Below, piece after piece: positions 11,760-24,473 of a stretch of 64,000 bases of DNA. The translations under genes were made by a program, and so were the position numbers. Below the pieces are notes generated by a model. It was given only the letters and a program-made list of their open reading frames with translations, had not been told where the DNA came from and made no database searches. How positions within the stretch are numbered: position 1 is the first letter of the stretch; every line of letters begins with the position of its first letter. The stretch spans positions 123,154-187,153 of the forward strand of contig NW_005434606.1 of the NCBI RefSeq assembly GCF_000315625.1, written 5' to 3'. The DNA is from Guillardia theta CCMP2712 (lineage: Eukaryota > Protista > Cryptophyta).

Positions 11760-13250
11760 CCAGCCTATTGGGGGGTCGCTGGAGCTTTGGAGCGCTTAAC
11801 GGCCACCTACCCAGACCCACCCTTTCCATTCCACAGTACCTCCTATGTATTTAACTGGATTTCATATACCCCTCCACTACCCATATTTCTCTCTTCTGGC
11901 AATAGAGGATCGTCTATATCCTCCCACCTTCGAGTCTGTGAGAGCCATACCTCCTACCCCCTCATGTCTGGTACCCTTGCCCTCTGACTCACCATCCGAT
12001 CAACCCTTACCCCCACCCCCATTTTCCCATCGAGATACCCAACCTTATCCCTTCTGTCATCTACTATCGGAGACCCCAACATGACCCACCCCATCATATG
12101 AGCAGTACCCACCCAAACAACATCCTGTTCATGCCCGTACCTTCCGTGTCCACCCTCTACCCACCCCCCATATACCTTCATTGTTGGTCCCTTGCAGGCC
12201 GGTCCTTTTTACTAGACCTTGTAGGGGACCTTCACCACCCCACCACAATTTTCCCTCTTTCACTCTGGTAAAATTGGGGGTTCTGCATGCTTTTTGTGTC
12301 CGCCAAAGAGATTAGATCACCCCTACCCAGAGTTTTCTAGCACTACCCTACCGTGATAACGAACAGCTGTCAAACACCCACCCTTCCATTTCCAAGATGT
12401 GCAGTAGCAAATTACCCACCCTAATGGATGAACTTTCACGAATGTGATGACCCCTCTGAAAGCACAGTGGCACAATTCTACATTTGAACCACCCACCCTC
12501 AGAATTGACTTTGAAACTCTCTTTAGGGAGCACCCTGCTTGGAGTACACCGGTACTCGAGATCACCCCACCCCCATGAGCAATGAACCAGCCCTGTGCAC
12601 CACCCCTGAGTGTCTATCACAGTTTGTTTGCCGCATTTTGACCACCCCAGCTGAAGAGGGCAGCGTTTAGGTCACAGTTGGAAAAGGTGATCGACGTTTT
12701 GAAATTTTGTTTGTTTTTGCGCAAATTATCTCAAACTATTTGAAAGACTTCTTCAATCTATACACCTACCCGTTTGATTGGCCCGGACCACTTTTCAATT
12801 CACCCTACCCCATGCTCGATTCACACACGTAAATCCTGACTACCCCTTGTTTCATATCAAAAGTACCACCCCTCAAATTTAGGATAACCACCCCTCTCAG
12901 ATCTCATGGTTGCCACTCCCTTCATTGATGAGTACTAGGGTACGTTATTTTCCATTTTGTTATTAAAGCCAGTTTGCCGTAAACGAAAAAGCAGGGGGGT
13001 AGGGTACCTTTCCGATAAGAGCTCTACTACCTCTTGGATCGTTCTGAAATCTTTAATAAGGGTAGGGGTGCTTTTAAGTTTTAAAATGGCCTCTTTGTTG
13101 GACCCCCATGCCATATTCCCCATAGAACAGGAATAATGGATCTGGAGATGGGGGTGGGGTGACCCTGTAGTGTTCACGGATGTACAGGGAAAGGGGTAGG
13201 TAGTGGTAAAATGCAAGTGACCGTTTCAGGTACAAGAAATGTTTAGTTAA
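11760..13250. other. Non-coding tract rich in TACCCC/GGGGTA and CACCCC motifs
   Basis: Many ctaccc, tacccc and ggggtag words; no credible ORF. Confidence 0.6.
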
Positions 13251-13259
13251 AACCAACGG

Positions 13260-14280
13260 AAGCGGCAGCCGCCGGTTTGGAGTCCGCCGCCGATCACAGG
13301 CTAACTTCAGTGAACACGGACGGTGACGGTTGCTAAGTCAAGTTATCGGCCCGGCCGGGAAGCGGGCCGGCCTCTCCGGCGGCGGCCTGGCTCCCGACGG
13401 TCACAGCCTGCTGGGTTTAGTTTACGGTAGTACCGTCCAAAGTCAAGTTAAAAACGGTCACCGGGTGGCGGGCCAGGGTGTGTCAGGGACTCCGGGAGAC
13501 TCCGAGTCACTGCCACCGTGACTGTCACTGCGCCCGGGCGGGCGCCGGCCCGGCGCCGGCAAGCCGCGGAGGCTCGACCGTCGCCCGGAACTGCCAGTTT
13601 CGGAGGCCCCCGAGGCTTGCGCGGCCAGTTGACCGGCCCGGCGGTCACCGGTGATCAGGGCCGGCGAGCCGGGCGGAGACTCGGCCTGAGCGGCCGCCGA
13701 GCCTGTCTCCTTACCGTAACCGTCCGCGTACTTAGTAACTTTGAAGCTACGGGTGACCGTACTATCAGTACCATAGCCTAGTACTGGGCCCGTACCGTAC
13801 GGTACGCCGCACCGGGCCGCTGGGGCCGCACTGAGCCTGAGGCCCAGTAGGCCGGGCCCGGGCGCCGCCGGGCGTCACCCCGCCCGGTTACTGGGCCGTC
13901 CGATCCGCCGGTTGGCCGGGCGGCGGCGGCGGGCGGGCGGCACTGCCGGGCCCCGCCCGGTGAGCGGCGGCGCGCGCATGATACTAGGCTATCATATGAT
14001 GATATGGGCGGCCCGCCCACTGGGCCACGGCCGGCCCGTCCGATCACCCCGGGGCCGACGGCGCGGCGCCTCGGCGGACCGTCCGGTGACCCGGCGGCGG
14101 CCCAGTGGGCCCACTGTCCCCGGCGGACTCAGAGAGAACGGCGGCCGCCGGCGCGGGGTCCCGCCGGACTCCTCACCGCGGAGCGGCCGCAGCCCCGGCG
14201 GGCCGTGCGGCTCGCAGGCCTGCGGCCAGTGACTGCAGTGCAGGGCCGCCCAGTCTTCGGCGCGCTTCGGGGCCCCCGGT
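13260..14280. other. ~1-kb very GC-rich, palindrome-rich intergenic island
   Basis: Includes the perfect palindromes cgtaccgtacggtacg (13791-13806) and atcatatgat (13991-14000); its ORFs are low-complexity R/G/P/A. Confidence 0.6.
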
Positions 14281-14327
14281 ATTCAAGTGGCTCTTGTCAT
14301 GGGAATGGGGCTGAGTCGATGGTATCA

Positions 14328-15635
14328 TCATGGCATGATCGTCCGCGACCTTGGCTGAAGAGCTTCCGCAGCAACGTAGCAAGTTCTTGCCGGGTTCGTT
14401 TTCCAAAATGCGAGGGTGAAGAAGAAGGGATGGAACTTGTCGTTACCATTGATTGCCGGCATGCCTTTGGTATCTGAACGAGCCCACTCGGAAACGAGTG
14501 CAAAGCCCAAGAGAAAGCGCAGATGGGCGTTCTTGGTTCTCCTGATGTGGAAGTAGAGAGCGGCAAAGATCAAGGTCAAGCAGAAACCAAGATAGTTTCC
14601 TCCTAAGAACCCGATCAAGTAGTTGAGCAAAAGGATGGCTACCGTGTCGGTCGGCTTATTCGTACAGATGCAGTTTGCCAGCTCTTGCTTTATCGAGCTC
14701 GGGAGCTCTGGAACCTCACAGGCAGGATGCAACAGGGCCTCGCACGACAAAGCATTGTCATAAATGATCTCCTTTGCAAACATGTTGTATTGCGCGTAAA
14801 AGCACTCGTGGCCCGGTTCGATAGGACGGTCAGGTGGTGGATGAACGGTCCAAACCTGCCCAGTGACCCCGTCTGACAAAGAGGTTGTCCAGGAGTTGAT
14901 GGTGAAGTTTTCTCCAAGTTTTTTTGTCATGAGCCGCACATATCGATCCTGAGCCTCGGAGGTGGTGAAGGATGGAATGTCTCCTCCGAGGGTGGTGCAT
15001 AATTCCTTGGCCTCCTTGAAGGACTTGGTTGCACAGGCCATGATAAGCTCGGAAGAATTATTGTTTGTCTGGTTGGTAGTAGAGCCGAGAAGAGAAGAAG
15101 TAGCATTCAGATGTACAAATTCGAATTGTCGGCAAGCAATCAAGTTTGACAGGAAAAAAGCTGCCAGAGATGTGGACACCGCATAGGTGATGATAAGCAG
15201 AACGTAGACACATGGCCGCAGTTTGCGCACAAGGCAAAACTCTGTCTCCTTAGCTTTGCTTAGACCAGAAAACAAGTGCTTGATCACTTGGTTCAACATC
15301 AAGAATTTCAAAAATGGAGCGACAGCAGCCGATATGAATCCGATTCCTACTAGTGATGTTGAATCCATACGCGTGGATACAAGAACAGTAGCCGAGGCAA
15401 TCAGCACTGCTAACATAGTGTTGATCAGCAAGAAGAAGCGATTTATCCTCGAGTAATTCTCACAGTCCTCAGGCTGAGCAAAAAAAGTCGAGTACTCGTC
15501 ACTCGTCTCGAAATGTTCCCGCAGCTTGTTGTAGAGGTTCATGGGAGTGTAGAACTTCACCAGAAACGTGGCAAGGCTGATGTCAGGAAGCTGTTCGGAG
15601 TCGGGCTTCTTCGCCCATGCGGCAATGGCGGACAT
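14328..15635 (-). CDS. Uninterrupted multipass membrane protein with a C-type-lectin-like domain
   Basis: Three hydrophobic helices, then CATKSFKEAKELCTTLGGDIPSF...W...ECFY...SCEALLHPACE (CTLD Cys pattern) with N-glycosylation sequons, then further hydrophobic segments. First ATG at 15635. Confidence 0.65.
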   Translation of the reverse strand: MSAIAAWAKKPDSEQLPDISLATFLVKFYTPMNLYNKLREHFETSDEYSTFFAQPEDCENYSRINRFFLLINTMLAVLIASATVLVSTRMDSTSLVGIGFISAAVAPFLKFLMLNQVIKHLFSGLSKAKETEFCLVRKLRPCVYVLLIITYAVSTSLAAFFLSNLIACRQFEFVHLNATSSLLGSTTNQTNNNSSELIMACATKSFKEAKELCTTLGGDIPSFTTSEAQDRYVRLMTKKLGENFTINSWTTSLSDGVTGQVWTVHPPPDRPIEPGHECFYAQYNMFAKEIIYDNALSCEALLHPACEVPELPSSIKQELANCICTNKPTDTVAILLLNYLIGFLGGNYLGFCLTLIFAALYFHIRRTKNAHLRFLLGFALVSEWARSDTKGMPAINGNDKFHPFFFTLAFWKTNPARTCYVAAEALQPRSRTIMP

Positions 15636-16907
15636 GCTGCTCTTGTCTCTCAAGGGTCTCAACGCACAGGCTCAACCTGCCAACCACCGACCTGATCCCT
15701 CGGAGCTCGCCAACCACACGGTCGTACCAGGGGTGACATGAAATGGACCCGACACGAACAGGGAATTGTTGACTAAAGGTTAGTACCACACTGCAGAATA
15801 TCCGGGGGATGTGGTATGAAGGTCTCTGATTTAACTTAAAACTTTGAGTAAAAAACTTCTCTAAGGTCCGGGTGGCTGCCGCCGCCGGCCGGGCTCCGTC
15901 GGACCTCCGAGACTCAGTCACTGAGTCCTCGGGCGCTAGTTGTGATACACTTATAGATGAGTAAAGAAGACTGTACCAGAACGCTTTTAGTCACTAGCTG
16001 TAATCTCTGAAACGAGTGGGGTCAGGGGTGATGCTTCTACTACCCCCTGGGGTAAAGGGGCGGATAAATTGCTAATGCGGTAGGGGTTGGGTTGACAAAA
16101 GTGGGTGGGTAGTCGTCAACAACAAGCTATTAGATGGGGTAGTAACTACTGCAATCTTCCTTAACACAGGTGGGGTAGCCACTTTCATGCTAGAAAAGTG
16201 GGGTGGGGTAGTGTAGCGGTGGGGTGGTCTGTCTCTACGATAATGGTCGACAAGGACGACAGCAGGGCAGGTGGCAGGGGTTGCGACTCTAGGCAGCTGA
16301 TATGCAGACCTGGAGCAAGCTGAGGTGGACGAGGAAGAGGGAGAAGATGATTAAGAGTAGAGCTAGGACGAAGGGGAGGGAGGGAGGAGGAGGAGGAGGA
16401 GGGAGGAGGAGAGGATAGTCATGCCAACAATCACGATAAGGAGTAGAATAGAAGAGGTAAGCGCTCAATAGTAGGGCGGTGGGTGGTAAGGGATCAAGAG
16501 AGTATCGAGAACAAGGTAGTCACATGGACATTGAACAAGAAACGACAAGGAGCTTGTTGCATGAAGAGTTTCGGAGATCCTGAGCATCATTGCACCCCAC
16601 GAAAGCGTTCTTAGTATTTTAGCCCTGATCAGGAGTTCGCACAACCAAAATGACCGTCAAATCAGACCAGAATATCCATGACCCAGTAACATATTTTCTT
16701 TTGATGCAGACGGACAACAAAGGCGGATAGAATATAGGTTGTCCCGATCTTGTTTTGGAAGTTGGAATATTTCAATATCCCAATATCAGCGATCAGCAGC
16801 AAGGAGAGTATTGCGATGATGGACACGTTCTCTTTTCGGATCATGTGAGAATGCTCACGTCGTGATTGCGATCGCTGGTTGGATAGTCCAGAGAAGCTTG
16901 CTGGAAG

Positions 16908-19900
16908 ATGGGAGCGCAGGGGTCAAAGGGGTCCACAAAGCCAAGCTCAGCTGTGCACCTCAGAGGTGAACGGGAGGAGTAGGGAGGTTGTGAGAGGTCT
17001 GATTTCATTTCCAGGCAAGAAAGACCTCGCAGGTACTTCCTCCTCCCTTGGAGATGTGGAGAGCGGCAGCATGTGCTTGCATGACAACTGTGCAGGAGTG
17101 GGGGTGATCTTCAGGAAGAACCATGAGGGATTCCTCATAGTGAAGGTGGAGCAGCACAGTCCTGCCTTGTTGACAGGTATTGATCTTGTGCCTTGTCTTG
17201 CAGGATCTGGTCGGAGGATCCGCTGCGGATCAGAGCGGGCTGATAGAGCCCGGAGACATGTTAACCCAGGTCTGCTGCTCGTGAACGTTGAGCGAATTTC
17301 GTCAAGGTGGCTTGTCAGGTGGATGATATCAAGGTAGCCAAGGCGAGCATAGCGGTGAGAACATTGCTGGTCCTTGTTGCCTGGGGGAGTTCTTGGATGG
17401 TGAATGCGCCTGTGATGCACGGGATGGTGGAGCTGTCGACTCTGTGGAGGTTTGCCGTTGTGGTCGTCTTGGTCATTTTCTCGTGCAGGAGATCTCATCT
17501 CTTGTTCTTGGAGAGCCTGGGCAGCAGGTTTGTAGTATCATCGCTCTAGTAGGAAGCCTGGCCTCATCCACACCTACAGGTCAAGTTGAAGTTCGTGCGT
17601 ATGGTTGGGAAGTCAAAGAAGAAGTACAAGGTAAGACAAGGAGAATGTTCTATTGATGAGGGAGGTGGAGGCAGCGAGGGTGGAGAGGTTTATGCCAAGA
17701 TGCGAATAGAGATCATGCCGATGGTGGTGACGATCCTTGGGTCCGATAGGTCAGCTTGCAGAGGACTGTTCGAGCTTCGTTAGAGCCAACCTATCATGTA
17801 CAGCGGGATGGAATCAATACAAAGGTACGAGGATGAGATGTGATTTCTGACATGATCGTGTTGTTGCTTACTGCCATTTGTTTACTGTTCTCTCTCGACT
17901 TTCACACAGTCTTCCACTGACTTCTTTCCCCAAGGTCACGCACATTCACTTGGATTGCTTGCAAGACCAGGACTTGAGCAAGGTACGGCTGCTGAGGAGG
18001 TAGCGGCAGTTGCCGCCTTACCATCCTCTCAAGGGGGCTAGCGTGGAAGAATCGCATGCAAGGGATGTATTGGATGCCGACGGCAACGTGGTTGGACCAG
18101 GTGGATTTTATTTGTGGTGGAGGATAAAAGGGATGACATAGATTCCTCTCTAGGGCTGATTCAGCGAGCGAAGGCAGCGAAAGAGCAAGACGTAGTCTCT
18201 CCAGTCCCTCCCCTCCTCTCTTACCTTCTCGCTCCTCCTTCTCTCCCCTCTGTCCCCCTCCTCTTCTTTGGCACCCTGGCTCCCTCCTTTCTCCCCTCCT
18301 CTCTCGCCTTCTCCCTCCCTACTCTCCTCTCCCCTTGTCCTCTACCTTGCTCAAGTCACTCCAGGTCTTCGGTGTCGAGCGCATCGACGCGTCCCATCCA
18401 GCATGGCCCGGGAACAACGTGAGACAGAAGTTTGCGGGTTGAGTGGAGGCAAGTCTGAGCTGGGGTGCAGCTGAAGAGGAACGTGGTCGCCCAAGGAAAT
18501 CTCAACACAGAAGCGCAAGTGACGAAGTCGCCGGGCGGTGACGATGAAAGGAGGAGAGGTGAAGCAGCTGGTGATGGTTGTGAACAGAGAAGAAGAAGAA
18601 GAAGAGCACGAAGACAGCGGAGAAGGAAAAGGAGAAGGAGGCGGAGAGATCTGTGCGTTCATGCAGAGTCTTGTCGTTGTGCGAAGGCTCTGACGAGATG
18701 TTGGAAGATGCCGTCGTCCATTCCGAGCTCGTCGGACATGTACATGAAGTCAGAGGTGAGGGCAGGATGGAGCAAAGGGTGGAGCAAACGAGTTGATTGA
18801 CTATGAAATGAAGGAGATGACAAAGAGCCAGACAAGGGAGCAGAAGAAGCAAGTGGTGGAGGCCAACAAGGACTCAGGCAGCCTGTCTCAGGAGCAGGAA
18901 GTCTCGAACCTCTTCGACAGCTTCATGGTGATCGAGTCGGACCTGACCTCTCCTTGTCTGATGTTTTTGCCTCGCAGAAGTCCACTGAACACCCTTTGAA
19001 TGTTCGTTGCTGCCCCCCTGCCTCCTCTCCCTCATCCTCATCCTTGACTGTGCAGGATCCCTTCTTCGTTGCAGCTGCTGCCGCCGAAGACCATAGGTAG
19101 GGAGAAGGAGGGAGGGACAATGATGGGCCGGGACGATAGGGAAAGTGAGGAGCAGATCTCATGAGGACATCCTGAGATGAAGATGGTGGGAAAGGAAGGG
19201 GGAGGACGGGGGGGGGGGGGAGGAAGAGGGAGGGCGAGAAAAGAGATTGGAGGAGGAGGAGGAGGAGTAGGAGGAGGAGGAGGAGGAGGAGGAGGAGGAG
19301 GAGGAGGAGGAGGAGGAGGAGGAGGAGGAGGAGGAGGAGGAGGAGGAGGAGGAGGAGGAGGAGTNNNNNNNNNNNNNNNNNNNNNNNNNNNNNNNNNNNN
19401 NNNNNNNNNNNNNNNNNNNNNNNNNNNNNNNNNNNNNNNNNNNNNNNNNNNNNNNNNNNNNNNNCCTCCTCCCATCCGTCGAGCCCTCCCCCCCTATCGT
19501 CGAGCCCTCCCCCCCTATCGTCGAGCCCTCCCCCCCTATCGTCGAGCCTCCCCCCCTATCGTCGAGCCTCCTCCTATCGTCGAGCCTCCTCCTCCTGTGA
19601 TCAGCCCAGCGTCTGTCCTGCATCCCCTTCCAGCCACAAAGGAGGATGACGATGTGCCGGAAGCAGTCGTCACTGTACTGCCTTCTCTTCTCTGGGTCTG
19701 TTGCTCATGCTCTGCAGGTGGAGGATGCAGAAGAAGCCGACACGCCCGACTGGGAAGGGATCGCTCAGAGCAGGTGAAGAGACTTGGAGGCAAATTAGAG
19801 AGGGAGGGAGGGTGAGTGAGTGGATGGGTAGGGTAAGGAACTGACTGACTGACTGACTGAGGAAGAGAAGGGAGGGAGGAAGAGGGGGAGGGAGGGAGAG

Positions 19901-21137
19901 AAGGAGGGAAAGAGGGGGACGGAGGGAGGGAGGGAGGGAGGGAGGGAGGGAGGGAGGGAAGGAGGAGGAGGAGGCTGACTCGCTTCTCTGTGGGCAGGGT
20001 TCTGGTGTTCGAGGCTAAGAGCAGGGAGCAAAAGGCGGAGGTAGGGAGACTCGCACTCCCTCCTGCTCCTTCTCGTCCTGATGACATTTGACAGAAGCCC
20101 AAGAAAGTGGATCTTGAGAAGGAATGGGCGAAGACCGCAGCCAAGCAGTCTTCTGGTGAGGACTCTTCCTCTCTCCCTACCCCTCCTATCCCCCCTCCAC
20201 GTCTTCGACCCCCCTCCCTACCCCTCCTATCCTCTCATCCCCTCTCCGTCCCTCCCCGGTTCCCCCCTCTTTCTTGGTCTATCTCTAGTATTGTACTCAC
20301 TAGTCACTCAGATCCACCCCCGAGCGTCAAGGCATGCGCAGGAAGCGAACTTTCCACTTCCAGCCTGACGAGTCTGCAGCAGACCGTCGAGCCTCCCGTC
20401 AAGGAGGAAAAGAAGCCTCTGAAACCCGTGGTAAAGAAGGTGAATCCTCCTGCCGCAGCCCCTTCCCCTCCTACTCCTACTCCTACTCCTACTCCTACTC
20501 CTTCTCCCCCTGCCCCTGCTCCTACTCCTACTCCTTCCCCTCCTGCTCCTGCTCCTACTCCTTCCCCTCCTGCTCCTGCTCCTACTCCTCCTGCTCCTGC
20601 TCATGAATCTGCTTCCCTAGCTCCTCCTTTTTGATCCTCCGACTTCTCCCCCTGTCCTGCTCGCTCCCTGCTGCATACATCCCCTCACTCTCCTCTTTCG
20701 CTCTGCCCTTGTGCTCTTGACCATGCTCTGCAGACGTCGCCACGAGCATCGGATGCGCCTAAGAAGATGGGCGGGAAAGGAGATCTAGCGGTGTGTGCGG
20801 AGGGAGGAGGAGAGGAAACACAACCCTTGTGGAGGAGACTGAAAGAGGGAGGACAGAGGGGAGGAGGGCTGTGAGGGGGAGGGGAGAGGGAAAGAAGAAG
20901 AGCTCGGACAGATAGGGGAGGGAGGGAAGGGACAAAGGAGGAGGGGGATAGGAGGGGAAAGGGGAGGGGAGGGGGAGAGGGAACGGGGAGAGGAGGGAAA
21001 AGGCGAGGGAGAGGAAGATACGAGGGCGTGATGGGATGGGACAGCGAGTGAGAGGTGACGCTCGACATCTGCAGGCGTTGATGGCAGCGAGGAAGAAGCA
21101 GATGGACGAGGCAGACGACGATGGCTACTACTTCTAA
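16908..21137 (+). CDS. Multi-exon PDZ-domain protein with a Pro-rich region and an acidic C-terminus (could be two genes; interrupted by an N gap)
   Basis: PDZ exons GVGVIFRKNHEGFLIVK|DLVGGSAADQSGLIEPGDMLTQ|VDDIKVAKASIA|EISSLVLGEPGS; last exons ...MGGKGDLA|ALMAARKKQMDEADDDGYYF-TAA (21135-21137). Confidence 0.55.
19249..19464. repeat. (GGA)n tract running into a 100-N gap
   Basis: Direct reading. Confidence 0.95.
19477..19592. repeat. ~20-bp minisatellite (cgtcgagccctccccccctat) x6, degenerating
   Basis: Direct reading. Confidence 0.85.
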
Positions 21138-21348
21138 TCACTTTCATTCTTGACATGGACAAAAACACTCTCTGCTTTTACACCGTCTGCTCTCGTGAGA
21201 TGCACAACAAGCGTCTCCCGCTCTCCCTTCCTCGCTGCTCTTGCTCCCTCTCCCGCTGCTCTCCTCCTTCCTACCTCCTGCTCGTGAACTCTCCCCCTCC
21301 TCAACTTTGGCTGTGCTCTCGTCGCAGCTCGACCTGCATGTCGCTCCT

Positions 21349-23515
21349 CTAGTCTACCTTGATGGACGCGTAGATGATACGGATGAAGAGAAAGGTGGCG
21401 ATGAAGCCCATGAAGCCGGTCACCACCATGAACGCGTAGGAGATAACCGTCATGTAACCGAAGAAGATGAGTCCGCTGATCACCGACGCCTTCTGCTCAG
21501 ACACGCTCGTCACTGACATGGCAGCAGAAGGAGAGAGGAGGAGGAGGAGGAGGAGGAGGAGGAGGAGGAGGAGGAGGAGGAGGAAGGCAGCAGGCAGGAG
21601 CGAGCAGAGGAATAGGAAGAAGAAGAGGAGTAGTAGGAAGAAGAAAGAGAGTTAGAGTAGAGGGGAGGATAGAGACCTTGGCAATGTGGACGCGGGTGAG
21701 GAAGTAGTAGGAGGCGTAGAGGAAGAGGTAGAGGGCGCTCGCTCCCGAGGTGAAGAACGATCTCCACCACCAGTGATAGTCCTCAGAGCACAGCTGGAAG
21801 TAGCACATGACGATGGAGATCTCGGCGCAGGTCACGAGGAGGATGATGAGGACGAGGAGCATGAAGCCGAAGAGGTAGTAGAACCTGTGCTGCCAGATGG
21901 AGGAGAGGATGAAGAAGAGCTCCACAAACACAACCCCGAACGGCAAGACACCTCCCATCAGGATGCTGGGTAGCGATCGCATGTACCAGATCTGATCGGG
22001 GACCTGCCGGGGGATGGGGTTAGTCCGCACTGGGTTCTGGATGGGGTTGGCGCGGAATCCGAGGAAGCTCCCTAGGAAGACGAGAGGAAGGGAAACGCCG
22101 AACCAGAAGACCAGGAGGGCGAGGAGGGTGGTGAAGGGCACCGCTCCCGTCGACTTGTCTCCCCAGAGGACGAGGTTGAGACCGAAGAAGATGGCGAAGA
22201 CAACGCCAGGGAACACCAGAGCTGTCATGAAGGTCGTTCGCAGCCTGTCGATCCCAGCTCCATGGAACATCTTGACGAACCTCGCTGAGATGTAACCTGC
22301 TGGCGTCCCCATGCATGCGAAGAGGAGGACAACGGCAGCGAGGAGGGAGCCTCTGTTCGACGGGCTGAGGAAGCCCAAGACCGCAAAGGCGATCGTGAAG
22401 CACGTCATCCCTAGCACCTGGACTCCGCTGCCAATGTAGACGGCGAGGAGGGAGGCGTACTTGGGAGGACGGAAAACGTCTCCCGACACAAGCTTCCATC
22501 CCGTCTCCTCTCGGGCCTCTTCCCTCGCCTCCTCGCTCTGCTCGAGCTGGTTGTACCTGTACAGGTCCTTGCGGAGGATCCTCAGCATGATGAGGGCCAC
22601 CATTCCCGAGAGGAAGAGGAGGATCACCGACGAGTTCACGATGGAGAACCAGTGAATCTCGTCGTCCTGCCACTGCATCTTCAGGTAGACGTCCCACCTC
22701 GAGGCCCACTTGACGTCGCTGTGCACCCACAGCACGTCATACGTGAACACCACCTCCTGCTTCTTGTGCGTTCGGAGCTGGAGCTTGGGGGCGTTGGGGT
22801 CCGGCCCTCTGTTTGGGTCGCACGTGAACAGCTCGCAGCTGTTCTTGGACGCACACTTCTCGTCCCACTTTCCCTCGTACCTGTGCTCGATAGACTTGGC
22901 CTTCACCTCGAACCCAACGATCAGGACGCCTGGCTCGTCGATCTTGTCCATGTGCGTGCCCGTTGGCTTCACGTTGTGGTAGCGGATGGTGAACCTGAGG
23001 TGGTTGTTGATGTAGAACTTGGAGGAGTTGTACCCAGAGACCTCGGCGATGGGATACCCGAGCTTGTACGACACAAACTCCTTCCCGTACTGGTCACGGA
23101 ACACCACCAGCTCAGCTGCTGGGAGGTTGTCCAGGCGCATGTTGGCCCGGAAGCGGGCTCCTGCGAAGTCGCGGTACTCGTCGACGTTCTGAGGGGTCCA
23201 CGTCTTCCTGCACGCGACTTTGCACAGCCTCGATACGTTGGTGTGGAACTGATAGGCCGAAGTCTCCGTCCTCTCGCCAGCCAGCACCTCCCCGATGTTC
23301 TCGGGGAGCTGGTGCTCCCCCCCCTTGGGCTCACAGAAGGGGATGTTGTAGTAGTCGAACTGCAGCGGCGTGAGGTCTGACGTCAGGGTGTTCACCTTCA
23401 CCATCAGCTGCTCCCCATGCACATACTTCCGCGGCGCCACTCCCGGCAGGTAGAAGGCGCACACGCCGTGGAGCCAGAGAAACAAAATAAGCGTGAAAGA
23501 CTGGGTTGTCGACAT
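21349..23515 (-). CDS. TM9SF: Transmembrane 9 superfamily / endomembrane protein 70 (nonaspanin). Exons 23515-21677 and 21492-21349.
   Basis: Signal peptide + FYLPGVAP, ENIGEVLAGER, WASRWDVYL, IHWFSIVNS, GWKLVSGDVFRPP, EDYHWWWRSF. Exon 2 ends IYASIKVD-stop (KxD motif). Phase-0 GT-AG intron. Confidence 0.97.
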
Positions 23516-24473
23516 CCTATTTCGATCTCTAGCGTTCCTGTTAGAACCTGACGGCCTGGAAGGATAGAATCAGGAACCTCTCCTCCAAACTGTAAGAAAT
23601 GACACGCAAGTAGCAGCAATTGGCTCAGCTGCTGATTGATTCCCCCACTAAAGTTTCCTCTAGATCGACGAAACACGGCATCAACTGTACCCTGCTTTGT
23701 TTCCATCTCACAACCACCCTGATCATTAATCAATTCACTCTTTTGTTTCTTCTTCATCGCTGCCTGAAAAATAGCCCTTCCGATCTCACTCAACAAGTCC
23801 ACCTGAACTGGATCTATATCTTCTTTCTCTCCTGTCCTCTCCTCTCCCTTCCCTGTTCATCAGCCATCTATCATCTACACATAATTAATTCCTTCTTTCC
23901 TTCCTCCTCCTCCTTCCCGTTCTTCTCTTTCCTCCCCTCTCCTCTCCCACGAGGATTCTCCATGCTGTGCTGTCGCCTTCGGCGATTCCCCTACCCCGGG
24001 CCTCCACCCCCCCGTTTTTCAATAGAGGTTAGTCTCACCCCTCCTTTTTGATCAATCTCTTGATAGTACCCATCATTTTCATCTATTTTGTACCCCTACA
24101 ATCATAACAAGACAAAGTTTACCCCACATGAGCAGAAAATGAAATACCCCCACCCCCACCCCCTGTCTGACAAAATTTACTCTAAATTGGAGCACGGGGG
24201 AGGAACTCCCAATAAAAGGGTCTAGTACCGGTATTTTTGTATGATATTTTGGGGGTACCTTTTCAGGAGGGGGTGGGTGAGTTTGCAGGAAATCGCAATG
24301 GCAGCAAGGCGGCGACCAGGTTTAAGGATGATTAACTCAGCCTGTGCAATGATGACAATCGTGAAACCACCATAGCCTATCAGGAAATTGTAAAATCTAT
24401 ATCATGGTATCAATCATTTGAATGGCATCGTAGCAGTGTTTAATATTTTCCACAATACGTATCTCTCTTTTTT

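Noticed and set aside
11760-13250. Telomeric repeat remnants
   Set aside because: The motifs are dispersed, not tandem, and do not match a consistent telomere unit
13330-14477. Overlapping R/G/P/A-rich ORFs
   Set aside because: Expected from stop-codon scarcity in very GC-rich DNA; no domains or splice structure
19477-19592. CRISPR-like array (also considered 28876-29000, 36018-36087, 40978-41031)
   Set aside because: Head-to-tail tandem repeats without unique spacers, or only two copies
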